Origin: Polyangiaceae bacterium
GTDB taxonomy: Bacteria; Myxococcota_A; Polyangia; Polyangiales; Polyangiaceae
DNA: 64,000 nucleotides
Direction: 5' to 3'
Assembly: GCA_033763455.1 (NCBI GenBank)
Contig: JANRKO010000047.1
Coordinates: 128,001-192,000 of the forward strand
Shown here: positions 32,138 through 41,198 of the stretch, one piece after another
How positions within the stretch are numbered: the first letter of the stretch is position 1
Layout of the letters: each line of letters opens with the position of its first letter
Made by a program: the position numbers and the translations under genes
The notes under the pieces: generated by a model
What the model was told of the DNA's origin: nothing
Database searches by the model: none
What the model saw: only the letters and a program-made list of their open reading frames with translations

Positions 32138-33024
32138 GATTCACCGTAGGCTGCGAACAGCTCCCGAAGACGCGCGTTGAGCGAAGGCGGGCTCCAGCCC
32201 AAAAGGGTGCGCGCTTTGGCAATCGACATCTGAAAGACGGGATGCATGATGGGCGGCTCCACTTCGATGTTCGAGGAGGTGCCCGCGATTTCGAGAATGC
32301 GTGCTGCTATAACGCGCATCTCCACGCCTTCGCCGTAGCTCACATTCAATGCGCCGGCGTTTGTTGATGGAGCGCCCAAGGCAGCTTGAATGGCCCATGC
32401 GGCATCCCGAACGTCCAATACATCCCATGGTGTGGGCTCCGGGGCAGTGATCCGAATAGGACGCCCTTGCCGCGCGGCCTGCATGAAGTGAAAGAGCGCG
32501 CCGCCGCGGCGTGTCGCCGAAAAGAGACCGGGAAGCCTGAGACACCAAAGATCGCGCTCGGCGTTGGCGAGCCAAACATCTTCTGCAAGCAGCTTTCCGA
32601 GCCCATACATATGCCGAGGCTGGCGGGGATGAGTTTCTTCAATCGGGAGCGACTCGGGTGTTCCGTACACCGTCATCGAGGAGGTGTGCAACACACGCCC
32701 ATCCCACTGGCGCGGAAGAGACGCCGCGACCTGGAGCGCCATCCGAACGTGGGTCGTGACTAACGAACGTTCGCCTGCCCAATCAAGCGCACTGTGAGCC
32801 ACGGGCCCAGCAAGGTGTACCACGGCATCCCACCGCCACGTGCCAAAGGCAGCGTGGAGGGCCTGGGGGGCAAGCAGATCCAGCGACTGATATTCAATGT
32901 CTCTTTCAAACGGCGATACCTGGGTGCGGCCACCCACTGCCGTCACCGAGTGCCCAGCGTCTCGCAAGAGGGGTGTTAGCACTCGGCCGAGAAAACCTGT
33001 GGCTCCGGTGACAAGGACCTTCAC
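32134..33024 (-). CDS. NAD-dependent epimerase/dehydratase (extended SDR)
   Basis: VLVTGATGFLG, VVHLAG, SSMTVYG, YGLGK. The GTG start overlaps the upstream stop (GTGA). Confidence 0.85.
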   Translation of the reverse strand: MKVLVTGATGFLGRVLTPLLRDAGHSVTAVGGRTQVSPFERDIEYQSLDLLAPQALHAAFGTWRWDAVVHLAGPVAHSALDWAGERSLVTTHVRMALQVAASLPRQWDGRVLHTSSMTVYGTPESLPIEETHPRQPRHMYGLGKLLAEDVWLANAERDLWCLRLPGLFSATRRGGALFHFMQAARQGRPIRITAPEPTPWDVLDVRDAAWAIQAALGAPSTNAGALNVSYGEGVEMRVIAARILEIAGTSSNIEVEPPIMHPVFQMSIAKARTLLGWSPPSLNARLRELFAAYGES

Positions 33025-34022
33025 GCTCCGGACTCCGTGCCCAAAAATCGCCGATTCCACTCAGCTTCTGGAACGTAGAGCTGAGTTTGATAACGAATCA
33101 TGAGTAGATCCGGCTGAAACCGCTGCGGTTCATTCGGCAGACCGTCCGCTGCCCGCAGCACACAGTCCACTTCATCGATGCCAGCGGCCAGGGTAAGGGC
33201 CACGGTGGTGGAATAGCGTGGGTTGACTTCAAAAACCCAGGGAATGCCGGCCTTGTCGAGAACAAGCTGAACATTGAATGGGCCGTCTGCACGCAGCTTG
33301 CTTTGGATATCTCGCCCCAGGCGCTCAATTGCAGGCACGGCGCGTGTTGCGCCGAGCTGGGTGATGCCGCGCTTTGAGAGCACTTCTTTCGGAACCACTG
33401 CGAGTGTTTCCCCGGCGAGCGTAACAACGACGCTTGTTGTGTACTCCGCGCCCAAAAGGCGTTCTTGGACAATGTAGCGATCTTCTGGGAGGTTGGCTTC
33501 GGCTAGGTACGCGTTCAAATCCTTTTCGGAATCGATGTAGGCAAAGCCGCGGCTCCCGCGCCCCTCGCGCGGCTTGATAATCGCTGGGAATTCGCACTTG
33601 CCTTTAGCTTCGCTGGCCAGCCAGGTACGCGCCACTGAGAGCCCCTGCGCGCTCAGGCGCTGGTACATTTGCCACTTGTCGAGCATCGACGTGCAGAACT
33701 CGAGGCGCGGCGCGACTACCGTAACTTTGCCTCTAAACTCGCTTGCAACCAGCTCATGCACGATGGGGATTTCTTCGTCGACCAGGGGGATCATGAACGC
33801 GGGCCGTTCACGCTCCAAAAGCTCCCGCATGTGCCCTCTGAACTCTGGGCTGCTCCCGAAAGGTATCACGTAGCCGCGGTCAGCCAGAGGAAGGCCGGCA
33901 GAGTACGGCGAGGCATCAGCAACGACGATTTCGTACCTTCCCTTAGCTCTGAGCGCGCGGATAATTTCAATCGTGCCTGCGCCGCCCGCCCCTGTAATGA
34001 AGACTCGCCGAGTGTTAGACAT
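33021..34022 (-). CDS. ATP-grasp domain protein (carbamoyl-phosphate-synthase-like ligase)
   Basis: IPLVDEE, DKW, PAIIKPREGRGSRG, IVQERL.GAEYT, FNVQ, FEVNPR. Confidence 0.85.
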   Translation of the reverse strand: MSNTRRVFITGAGGAGTIEIIRALRAKGRYEIVVADASPYSAGLPLADRGYVIPFGSSPEFRGHMRELLERERPAFMIPLVDEEIPIVHELVASEFRGKVTVVAPRLEFCTSMLDKWQMYQRLSAQGLSVARTWLASEAKGKCEFPAIIKPREGRGSRGFAYIDSEKDLNAYLAEANLPEDRYIVQERLLGAEYTTSVVVTLAGETLAVVPKEVLSKRGITQLGATRAVPAIERLGRDIQSKLRADGPFNVQLVLDKAGIPWVFEVNPRYSTTVALTLAAGIDEVDCVLRAADGLPNEPQRFQPDLLMIRYQTQLYVPEAEWNRRFLGTESGA

Positions 34023-34087
34023 AGGCCGCGATTTATCGCACCCCAAGCGGCCGTCGTAAACATCCCTTCCGACTTACCCCCCGAACC

Positions 34088-34741
34088 ATGAGCACGAACT
34101 CCTTCTATTGTCGTTACACCAAACGCTGGCTGGACATAGCTATTGCTGGCGGCGGGCTCGCATTGGCTTCACCAGTGCTCTTGGGGCTCGGCGCTTTGGT
34201 GCGGGTGCTCCATGGCTCACCGGTTGTTTTCCGCCAGGTACGCACCGGGAAGGACGGGATCCCATTTCGCATCTCCAAGTTTCGGACCATGACCGACGAA
34301 CGAGATGCACATGGCGCCCTGCTACCCGACTCAGCCCGCCTCACAAGTTTTGGGAAGTTCCTGCGAAAATCGAGTTTGGATGAGCTCCCCGAGCTTTGGA
34401 ACGTACTCACCGGGGATATGAGCTTGGTTGGGCCTCGGCCGCTGCTTCATCAATATATGGAACATTACACCCCCGAACAGCATCGGCGTCACGAACTGCG
34501 TCCAGGCATCACGGGCTGGGCGGCGGTGAACGGCCGCAACACAACAACGTGGGAGCAACGCTTTGACCTCGATCTCTGGTATGTGAATCACGTGAGCTTC
34601 GCTGTAGATTTGGCGATCCTCGCCAAGACGGTAGCCATCGCACTCTCCATGAAGGGCGTGGATCCCGTGGGTGTCGATCGGATGCCCGAATACCGAGGAA
34701 CGGGGGAGTCGCCCGGCGCACCCGGCTCAGTTTCGGGGTAA
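34088..34741 (+). CDS. pglC: Initiating phosphoglycosyl transferase (PglC/EpsL-type)
   Basis: KRWLDI, FRQ.R.G, KFRTM, LRKSSLDELP, GDMSLVGPRP, PGITGWA; small monotopic form. Confidence 0.9.
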   Translation: MSTNSFYCRYTKRWLDIAIAGGGLALASPVLLGLGALVRVLHGSPVVFRQVRTGKDGIPFRISKFRTMTDERDAHGALLPDSARLTSFGKFLRKSSLDELPELWNVLTGDMSLVGPRPLLHQYMEHYTPEQHRRHELRPGITGWAAVNGRNTTTWEQRFDLDLWYVNHVSFAVDLAILAKTVAIALSMKGVDPVGVDRMPEYRGTGESPGAPGSVSG

Positions 34742-35905
34742 CCTCAGCCCGCGCTTAGCAAGTAGCTCGGTATATTCTGCAAGCCAAAGGCCCCAGATTC
34801 GACGTCGATCAAACAGAGCCCGCGCGCGTGTTTGCGCTTCTTTTCCGTGGGCGACGCGTTCAGCAGCGTCCCTCACGTAACGCTCCAACGAAGCTGCCAG
34901 CCCTTTACCGTCCCCTACCGGCACCAGTAGCCCCGTCTGTCCGTCAACGATGACATCACGGGTTCCGGTAGCGCTAAATCCTATCGTGGGAACTCCCATT
35001 GCCGCAGCTTCGAGCGGTGCATTGGGAAACCCCTCGCGGTACGAGGGAAAAAGCAACACGCTCATGAGCGCATAATATGGCGCGGGCTCTGACACTTCAC
35101 CCGCTGCGATAATGTCGTCGCGCCCGCGCATCCATTGAGCCAGCGCTTGGTCCACCGTGTCCCCGGCAAACCCCGCACCAACGATCAGGAGCCTGGCGGA
35201 GGGATTCACTTTGCGTGCCTTCTCCCAAGCAAAAATGAGTTCCCGAATGCCTTTGTCAGCCACTGGCCGGCCCACAAATCCAAAAACCATCGCGTCAGAT
35301 GAAATGCCGAATTTTGCTCTCAGAGCTTCCGCCATAGGTTTTGCTCTTTCGGGATCGAACCGGTCCAGATCCACGCCGTTCGAAGAACCGGACCCAAGCA
35401 CCGTGCACTTGGCTAGGGACGTCAAACCACGCTCCAAGTAGCCCGCACGAACTGACTCACTGACACAAACCACGCGGTTAGCACAACCTGCGGCGACCCT
35501 TTCCGTGCCCTCAAGAATCCAACGTTTAGCACCACGGGTGCCTTCAAATCGAAGCCCACGCAGCAGGTAGATCCGCACCGGTACGCGGCAAAGCGAGGCA
35601 CTCATCATGCCCAAAAGGCCGGCTTTGGGGGTACTCGCATTCACAATGTCTGGAGCTAGCCGCGCAATGGTCGCTCGCAGCTCAGAAAATGCGCGCGCAT
35701 CCCGCACGACATCAATTTCACGAGCCATCTGTACCCCCACTGTGCGAACTCCCTCCCGCTCCCCCACTTCCTCCAATTCTGGCCCGGGTGACGACACCAC
35801 CGTAACGTCGAACCCCGCCTCCCTCATGAACGCGAGCTGACCACGCAACAGCACCCGCGCTGTGGTCGGCACGGTCACAATGTAGACGAGCTTCGGGCGT
35901 ACCAT
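34727..35905 (-). CDS. Glycosyltransferase family 4 (CapM-like)
   Basis: LRGQL, STPKAGLLG, GSSNGVD, DKGIREL, PSYREGFPNAPLEAAAMG. The start at ATG 35905 is inferred. Confidence 0.88.
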   Translation of the reverse strand: MVRPKLVYIVTVPTTARVLLRGQLAFMREAGFDVTVVSSPGPELEEVGEREGVRTVGVQMAREIDVVRDARAFSELRATIARLAPDIVNASTPKAGLLGMMSASLCRVPVRIYLLRGLRFEGTRGAKRWILEGTERVAAGCANRVVCVSESVRAGYLERGLTSLAKCTVLGSGSSNGVDLDRFDPERAKPMAEALRAKFGISSDAMVFGFVGRPVADKGIRELIFAWEKARKVNPSARLLIVGAGFAGDTVDQALAQWMRGRDDIIAAGEVSEPAPYYALMSVLLFPSYREGFPNAPLEAAAMGVPTIGFSATGTRDVIVDGQTGLLVPVGDGKGLAASLERYVRDAAERVAHGKEAQTRARALFDRRRIWGLWLAEYTELLAKRGLRLPRN

Positions 35906-35912
35906 CAGCAAG

Positions 35913-36890
35913 CTATGCGGGCTGGGCAGCAACCTCTCGCACACGTGTGGAAACCTCACCCATGGTTGCCCACCACAGACTCTCCCCGTATTCACGCGCA
36001 AGAACGGTAAACAAAGCGTCCAAGTAATTCATGTAGGTTGCATCCACACCGTCTAATGCGACAAACCCCATGGCGTTCTTGATGATGTGGGCCTTGATGG
36101 ACAGTAAGCCTCCCTGATTCAGGATCGCGCGCGCACGTTCGAGCGTGGACGTTGCCTGAAAATTAACCGGAATATGCGCCATTCGCGGCTCCCGCCAAAG
36201 GCCTGGCTCAAACAGCGGAACCCCGCGCAAGCCGGACATTTTGGCGCGGGCCTTCGTTAGTGGCGCACTCAGAATGTCCCGAGCGGAAGCCACAAATTCC
36301 AAACCCGCCGCCGCCATGGCACGCAGAAGGTTATCCGGTGCATTCCACCCCGGAGGGCACATGCCCATTTCCCGAGGCAGCCCAGCCCGTTCGAACACCG
36401 CAACCATTTTTGCCAGCATTAGGGCGCACTCCTCCATGGATTCGGACTGGAACTCCACATGTACCTGCTGGCCGCGGTGGATGTGGTGAAGGCCGTGAAA
36501 GGCAATGGCTGTTCGCGGCAGGCTCTTCAAGTAGCTCACAAACTCCGGGTGGCGATCGAGTGCGCGTGCGCCTTCGGGCAAAATGCGCGTTAAGAATGTG
36601 TGGTCCTTAATCCACGGGATGCGGCTTAGAACCCGCGACGGAGCCGGAGAAATCTCTCGCCAATCCGCAGTTGTAAACAGGGTAACACGTAACGCCGGAT
36701 GTTTTTCCAAAAGACGCTCAACGAGGCCTAAAGCCCCTTTACCCAAATCGCCGCCGCCGTCGTAGTGGTCCTCGGAGCGGCCTGGGTGAACATCGTCAAT
36801 TGAGAAACAAACGGCTGCTTTTTTCCCCTGTGGTAGCCAGCCCTCGACAAAATCAAAGGCTATCGGCAGAGGCTCGACAACTTCCTTCAC
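35913..36890 (-). CDS. Polysaccharide deacetylase-like protein (NodB/CE4-type)
   Basis: FSIDDVHP, AFHGLHH, CPPGW metal-site-like motifs; GTGA coupling to the upstream GT. Confidence 0.65.
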   Translation of the reverse strand: MKEVVEPLPIAFDFVEGWLPQGKKAAVCFSIDDVHPGRSEDHYDGGGDLGKGALGLVERLLEKHPALRVTLFTTADWREISPAPSRVLSRIPWIKDHTFLTRILPEGARALDRHPEFVSYLKSLPRTAIAFHGLHHIHRGQQVHVEFQSESMEECALMLAKMVAVFERAGLPREMGMCPPGWNAPDNLLRAMAAAGLEFVASARDILSAPLTKARAKMSGLRGVPLFEPGLWREPRMAHIPVNFQATSTLERARAILNQGGLLSIKAHIIKNAMGFVALDGVDATYMNYLDALFTVLAREYGESLWWATMGEVSTRVREVAAQPA

Positions 36891-38161
36891 GCGACCGCCT
36901 CCTCGCAACCGCAGGGAGATGGTGGCACGGAGAGCACCGTGCCAAGACTCAAGTGGAGGAGCTCTTCGTAGACCTTCAGAACGCCCGCGACATACGCGCG
37001 CGTTGAAAAAACTGCCCGCACACGCTGCTTGCCTGCAATTCCCATCTGACGGCGTTTGTCTTCGCTCATTACCAGCTCGCTCAGCGCAGCAGCTAGCGCA
37101 ACCGGATCGCTCGGCTCCACCACCAGTCCCGTTTGGCCGTGCACGATTTGCTCAGGTACACCTGCTAAGCGTGTACCCACCGTTGGAAGCCCATAACACA
37201 TGGCCTCCAAGTTAGTTCGCGGGAAACCCTCATTTCCAACAATCCGCACGTAGCTGCCGGCATACCGCAGAAACTCATTGGCTGCCGTCGGGAGCACCGA
37301 AATGTCCGTGTAATTGTAGAAAGTGAACGGCTCCGATTGCCAGCCGACGAACGTCCAGTTGCTGACACCAAGCCGCGTACATTCATCCAGCAACCACTGA
37401 AAATAACGACTATCTTGGCTCGGGATGTCACCGATACATAACACCGCAAAGCGCTGGCCAAGACCCGTGGCATTGAGGAGCGCAGTGGCACCCAGCAGGT
37501 GATGGATCCCCTTGAACGGCGTAACCGATGCAAAGCAAGAAACAACCACTACACCTTGCTCCCGAAGGGACCGAAGCCACGGCATTGGCCTCGCCTTTGG
37601 ATATTCACAACGGGTTCCGTTGTACACGGTGACGGCCTTTGCACGACCCACGGGGGAGAAATCCGAATGAATAGCGTCGCAAACAGTGATGATGCGATCG
37701 CATAAGCGTTCAAAGGCCTCCCAATATATCCCTCCGACTGCTTTGGTTCCGCGCAGGTGCCCAATCAACGGGATCCGTAAGGATTTGGTTGCTGGCCCTG
37801 CCAGGATCGCGCCCCGCGGATCGTTCACGTGCACAAGATCGATCTGGTGCTTTTTGAGCCACTTTCTGAAAGCCCAAGTGTATGGCAGAAGCTCGGTAAC
37901 GCTCACCTGAAGGCGCTTGGCGCGCCCCCACTTCAGGCTCGCTTTGCCAAATTCGCCGAGTGCCCCAGCAGGGCGCAAAATGTGAGGCTCGATGCCCACT
38001 TCGCGATAGGCATCTGCCACCAAACCTTCATCTACAATGACCACTTCCGGCCGCACTGATGGAGGGAGATTAACGATTAACTCCATCAAGCTGCGATTGG
38101 CTCCCGCCATACGCTGCGGATAGGCGATCACATAGGCAATTTTTTGCTGCCTCGGGCTCAT
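36887..38161 (-). CDS. Glycosyltransferase family 4
   Basis: PFKGIHHL, EGFPRTNLEAMCYG, GVPEQIVHG. Confidence 0.88.
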   Translation of the reverse strand: MSPRQQKIAYVIAYPQRMAGANRSLMELIVNLPPSVRPEVVIVDEGLVADAYREVGIEPHILRPAGALGEFGKASLKWGRAKRLQVSVTELLPYTWAFRKWLKKHQIDLVHVNDPRGAILAGPATKSLRIPLIGHLRGTKAVGGIYWEAFERLCDRIITVCDAIHSDFSPVGRAKAVTVYNGTRCEYPKARPMPWLRSLREQGVVVVSCFASVTPFKGIHHLLGATALLNATGLGQRFAVLCIGDIPSQDSRYFQWLLDECTRLGVSNWTFVGWQSEPFTFYNYTDISVLPTAANEFLRYAGSYVRIVGNEGFPRTNLEAMCYGLPTVGTRLAGVPEQIVHGQTGLVVEPSDPVALAAALSELVMSEDKRRQMGIAGKQRVRAVFSTRAYVAGVLKVYEELLHLSLGTVLSVPPSPCGCEEAVA

Positions 38162-38164
38162 GGC

Positions 38165-39379
38165 CTAGCCGTTCACCGAGAGAGGATTCGCAACTACCCC
38201 GGCAGCTGCCTCAGGAAGCTTCGTACGGGCGATGGTCGCCAGAAACACTTCCTCGTGACGCCGCGCAATCTGTGATGGCTCAAAATCTCGCGCGCGTTCA
38301 CGCCCGCCCTGTCGGAGGCGTGCGCTCAATTCGGGATCCGTGAGGACCCGCTCCAATGCAGCGCTCAAAGCAGTCGGATCCGCCACCGGTACCAAGAGCC
38401 CACTCTTTTCGGCTACGATGATCTCCGTTGGACCGAAATCACACGCTGTGGAAACCACAGGCGCGCCGGCGGCCATAGCTTCTACGATGACGTTCCCAAA
38501 GCCTTCAAAGGTTGAGGAAAGTACAAATACGTCCGCTGCCGCCATGTAGCGAAACGGATTGTCCTGGAACCCAAGAAAACGCACCTTCTCAGACAAGCCA
38601 AGCGACTGAACCTGGCGCGTGAGCGCTGCCCTATCGGGACCCTCGCCCAAGATCCACAATTTAACAGGTTGGTGAAGCTTCGATAGGGCTTCCAGGAGAT
38701 AGGGATAACCTTTCTGTGCAGCCAAGCGACCACACGCGACTATCAGCTTTTCATCGCTCGCCACCCCTTCGCGCGGAACGGGATCTTGTGCGGCTTGCCA
38801 CACCCGCGCATCTACAGCGGCATTCGGGATAACGTGCACGCGCCCTGAAAGCCGGGCATCTACCTGCAACAAATAATCCGCGACCCCCTGCGAAAGGGCG
38901 ATGACCCCCGCCGCGCGATGGTACCCAAAGCGCTGAGTGCCCTTGAGCAAGTGATGCATCGCCGAAAATGGGTCGTTGTAGGCCAACGCGGGATTTACTT
39001 GAACCCCTAAGATGAGCGGAGGCTTGTGGCGCGCGACTTTTGAGGCCAAGAGCGCCGCGGCGTTGCCGTGGTCCATAATAGCGAAGACCAAATCCGGACG
39101 ACGTTGATCGATCAGCCGTGCCAGCGGCAACACGGTCGAAACGACATCAAAGGTGCTGGAACGAGAGCGATTGCCGCGCAGGTGCACGACCTCCACAGAC
39201 TCAGAAAGTTCGGCTTCATAGCCACCGCCCGGCCGTGAGATAGCAAGTATGGGGCGCAACAAATCTTGGTTGAGTTCGTTCAAGACGCGGAGCAAATGCA
39301 TCTCAGCGCCACCACCACCGAGGTAGGGGGAATAGAAGAGGACCGTCGGCACTCGCGCTTGGGGCATGCTATCTGTCAC
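38165..39379 (-). CDS. Glycosyltransferase family 4 (WabH/PglJ-like)
   Basis: GGGAE, GRLAAQKGY, GFQDNPF, SSTFEGFGNVIVEAMAAG. Confidence 0.9.
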   Translation of the reverse strand: MTDSMPQARVPTVLFYSPYLGGGGAEMHLLRVLNELNQDLLRPILAISRPGGGYEAELSESVEVVHLRGNRSRSSTFDVVSTVLPLARLIDQRRPDLVFAIMDHGNAAALLASKVARHKPPLILGVQVNPALAYNDPFSAMHHLLKGTQRFGYHRAAGVIALSQGVADYLLQVDARLSGRVHVIPNAAVDARVWQAAQDPVPREGVASDEKLIVACGRLAAQKGYPYLLEALSKLHQPVKLWILGEGPDRAALTRQVQSLGLSEKVRFLGFQDNPFRYMAAADVFVLSSTFEGFGNVIVEAMAAGAPVVSTACDFGPTEIIVAEKSGLLVPVADPTALSAALERVLTDPELSARLRQGGRERARDFEPSQIARRHEEVFLATIARTKLPEAAAGVVANPLSVNG

Positions 39380-40508
39380 CCGAAATGGCGCGCTTTAATG
39401 CCTCCCCCACCCGCTCCAAATCACTGTCTTCCAGGCTCGACCCACTCGGTAGGCACAGCCCCGTCGCAAACAGACGAGCCGCCACCCCACGCTCTATGAC
39501 TTCGGCATCCCGGAACACCGGCTGCAAGTGCATTGGCTTCCACACCGGACGAGTCTCAATGTTTTGCGCCTCGAGCGCGACCCGGACTTGCTCAGGGCTC
39601 ACCTTGATTACCCGCGGATCCAGCGTCAGACATGAAAGCCAACGCGTGCACCTCCCGTAGCTTGCCTCCGGCATAAAGCTCACGCCCTCAAACCCACTGA
39701 GTAGGGCGCTGTAATAAGCAAAGATGGCGCGGCGCCGGGCCACACGTGCATCGAGCGACTCCAACTGCGCCCGACCAACTGCCGCCAGGAGATTACTCAT
39801 CCGGTAATTGTAGCCAACCTCCACGTGCTCGTAGTGCGGAGCCGGTTCCCTCGCCTGCGTTGCGAGATACCGGGCACGAGCCACCCAGGAAGCCTGGCTC
39901 GACAGAAGCGCGCCACCGCCGCTGGTGGTGATGATCTTGTTGCCGTTGAAGGAAAACACTCCGATATCAGCTAAGCCCCCGGCGGCTCTGTCGCGGTAAG
40001 TGGCGCCCAGCGCTTCAGCAGCGTCTTCGATACACGGCACTCCGTACTCCGCACAAGCTTTGCGAATGCGGTCCCAATCAGCGCACTGACCGTACAGATC
40101 CACGCCGACGAAAGCTCTTGGCAGATTTCCAGCTCGGGCACTTCTTGCCAATTCCTCTTCCAAAAGGCTTGGGTCGACGTTCCAAGTGTCGCTATCGCAA
40201 TCGATGAGCACGGGCTCCGCGCCAACATACCGGATGGCGTTTACGGGTGCCGAAAAAGTGAGGTCGGAAACAAATACGCGATCGCCCCTTTGGACGCCAA
40301 TGAGGATCAGCGCGAGGTGCAGTGCGGCGGTACCACTGCTGAGCGCGGCAACCTGCACACCGCCCGCGCGTGCACCTAGCTCAAGTTCAAAGCCGTCCAC
40401 GTGGGGGCCGAGCGGAGCCACCCAATTGGAGCGAATCGCATCCAGCACGTACGCTTCTTCATTGCCAGCAACATGCGGTGGGGAAAGGTAGATCCGAGAA
40501 TTTCCCAT
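39369..40508 (-). CDS. pglE: DegT/DnrJ/EryC1/StrS sugar aminotransferase (PglE/EpsN-like)
   Basis: IYLSPPH, SNWVAPLGP, SSGTAALHLAL, IEDAAEALG, FSFNGNKIITTSGGG, GYNYRMSN, RPVWKPMH. The start at ATG 40508 is inferred. Confidence 0.9.
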   Translation of the reverse strand: MGNSRIYLSPPHVAGNEEAYVLDAIRSNWVAPLGPHVDGFELELGARAGGVQVAALSSGTAALHLALILIGVQRGDRVFVSDLTFSAPVNAIRYVGAEPVLIDCDSDTWNVDPSLLEEELARSARAGNLPRAFVGVDLYGQCADWDRIRKACAEYGVPCIEDAAEALGATYRDRAAGGLADIGVFSFNGNKIITTSGGGALLSSQASWVARARYLATQAREPAPHYEHVEVGYNYRMSNLLAAVGRAQLESLDARVARRRAIFAYYSALLSGFEGVSFMPEASYGRCTRWLSCLTLDPRVIKVSPEQVRVALEAQNIETRPVWKPMHLQPVFRDAEVIERGVAARLFATGLCLPSGSSLEDSDLERVGEALKRAISGDR

Positions 40509-40510
40509 AC

Positions 40511-41167
40511 TTAGCCTGCCTTTACCACAAGTGGCCGCGCTGGAACTCCTACCACCGTTTGCCCCGGCGCCACGTTCTTGGTGACCACAGCACCTGCGCC
40601 CACCGTGGCACCTCGGCCTACCGTGAGGTACTGAAGGACGCGCGCACCGGTTCCAACCAGCACGCCTTCCTCCAAAAGCACACCACCCGAAATGCTGGCG
40701 CCATGGTTCACCACAACGCCCGAGCCCAGAGTGGCCTCGTGCCCTAGCGTGCAACCTAAATTAACAAGAGCAAAATCACCAAGCTCGACGCTCACACTCC
40801 CCACAACCCCCGCGCCTATCATTGCCCCCTGGCCAAGCCGCAAGGTCTTCCGATCGATTTCCACACGGGGGTGAACCAGCGCCGGCCACTCCGCGCGGGG
40901 TGCTAGCCGACGAGCTTCCTCGGCCAAGCGCAAGCGAACTGCTGGGGAACCAACGCCTAGCGCCAAGGCCTGAAAGGCGCCCCCATGCGCCTCCAACCAA
41001 GACAGATCACCCAGAACCTGCGCGCGGCTATCCCGCTCCCCAAGCCTTTGAAGGTCGGACACCACAAACCCAACGAACTCAATATCCGCTCCGGCCGCAG
41101 CAATTTCCTGGATGAGCCAGGCGGTGTCTCGCGCCTGACCACCTGCGCCTAGCACCACAACTTTCAT
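40511..41167 (-). CDS. pglD: Sugar N/O-acetyltransferase, PglD/NeuD/EpsM family (left-handed beta-helix)
   Basis: VVLGAGG, LVHP, hexapeptide repeats, TLGHE, VGAGAVVTK.V....VVGVPAR. The start at ATG 41167 is inferred. Confidence 0.85.
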   Translation of the reverse strand: MKVVVLGAGGQARDTAWLIQEIAAAGADIEFVGFVVSDLQRLGERDSRAQVLGDLSWLEAHGGAFQALALGVGSPAVRLRLAEEARRLAPRAEWPALVHPRVEIDRKTLRLGQGAMIGAGVVGSVSVELGDFALVNLGCTLGHEATLGSGVVVNHGASISGGVLLEEGVLVGTGARVLQYLTVGRGATVGAGAVVTKNVAPGQTVVGVPARPLVVKAG

Positions 41168-41198
41168 GGCCAGCTTGCCCCGACGCACTCCGAAGGGC

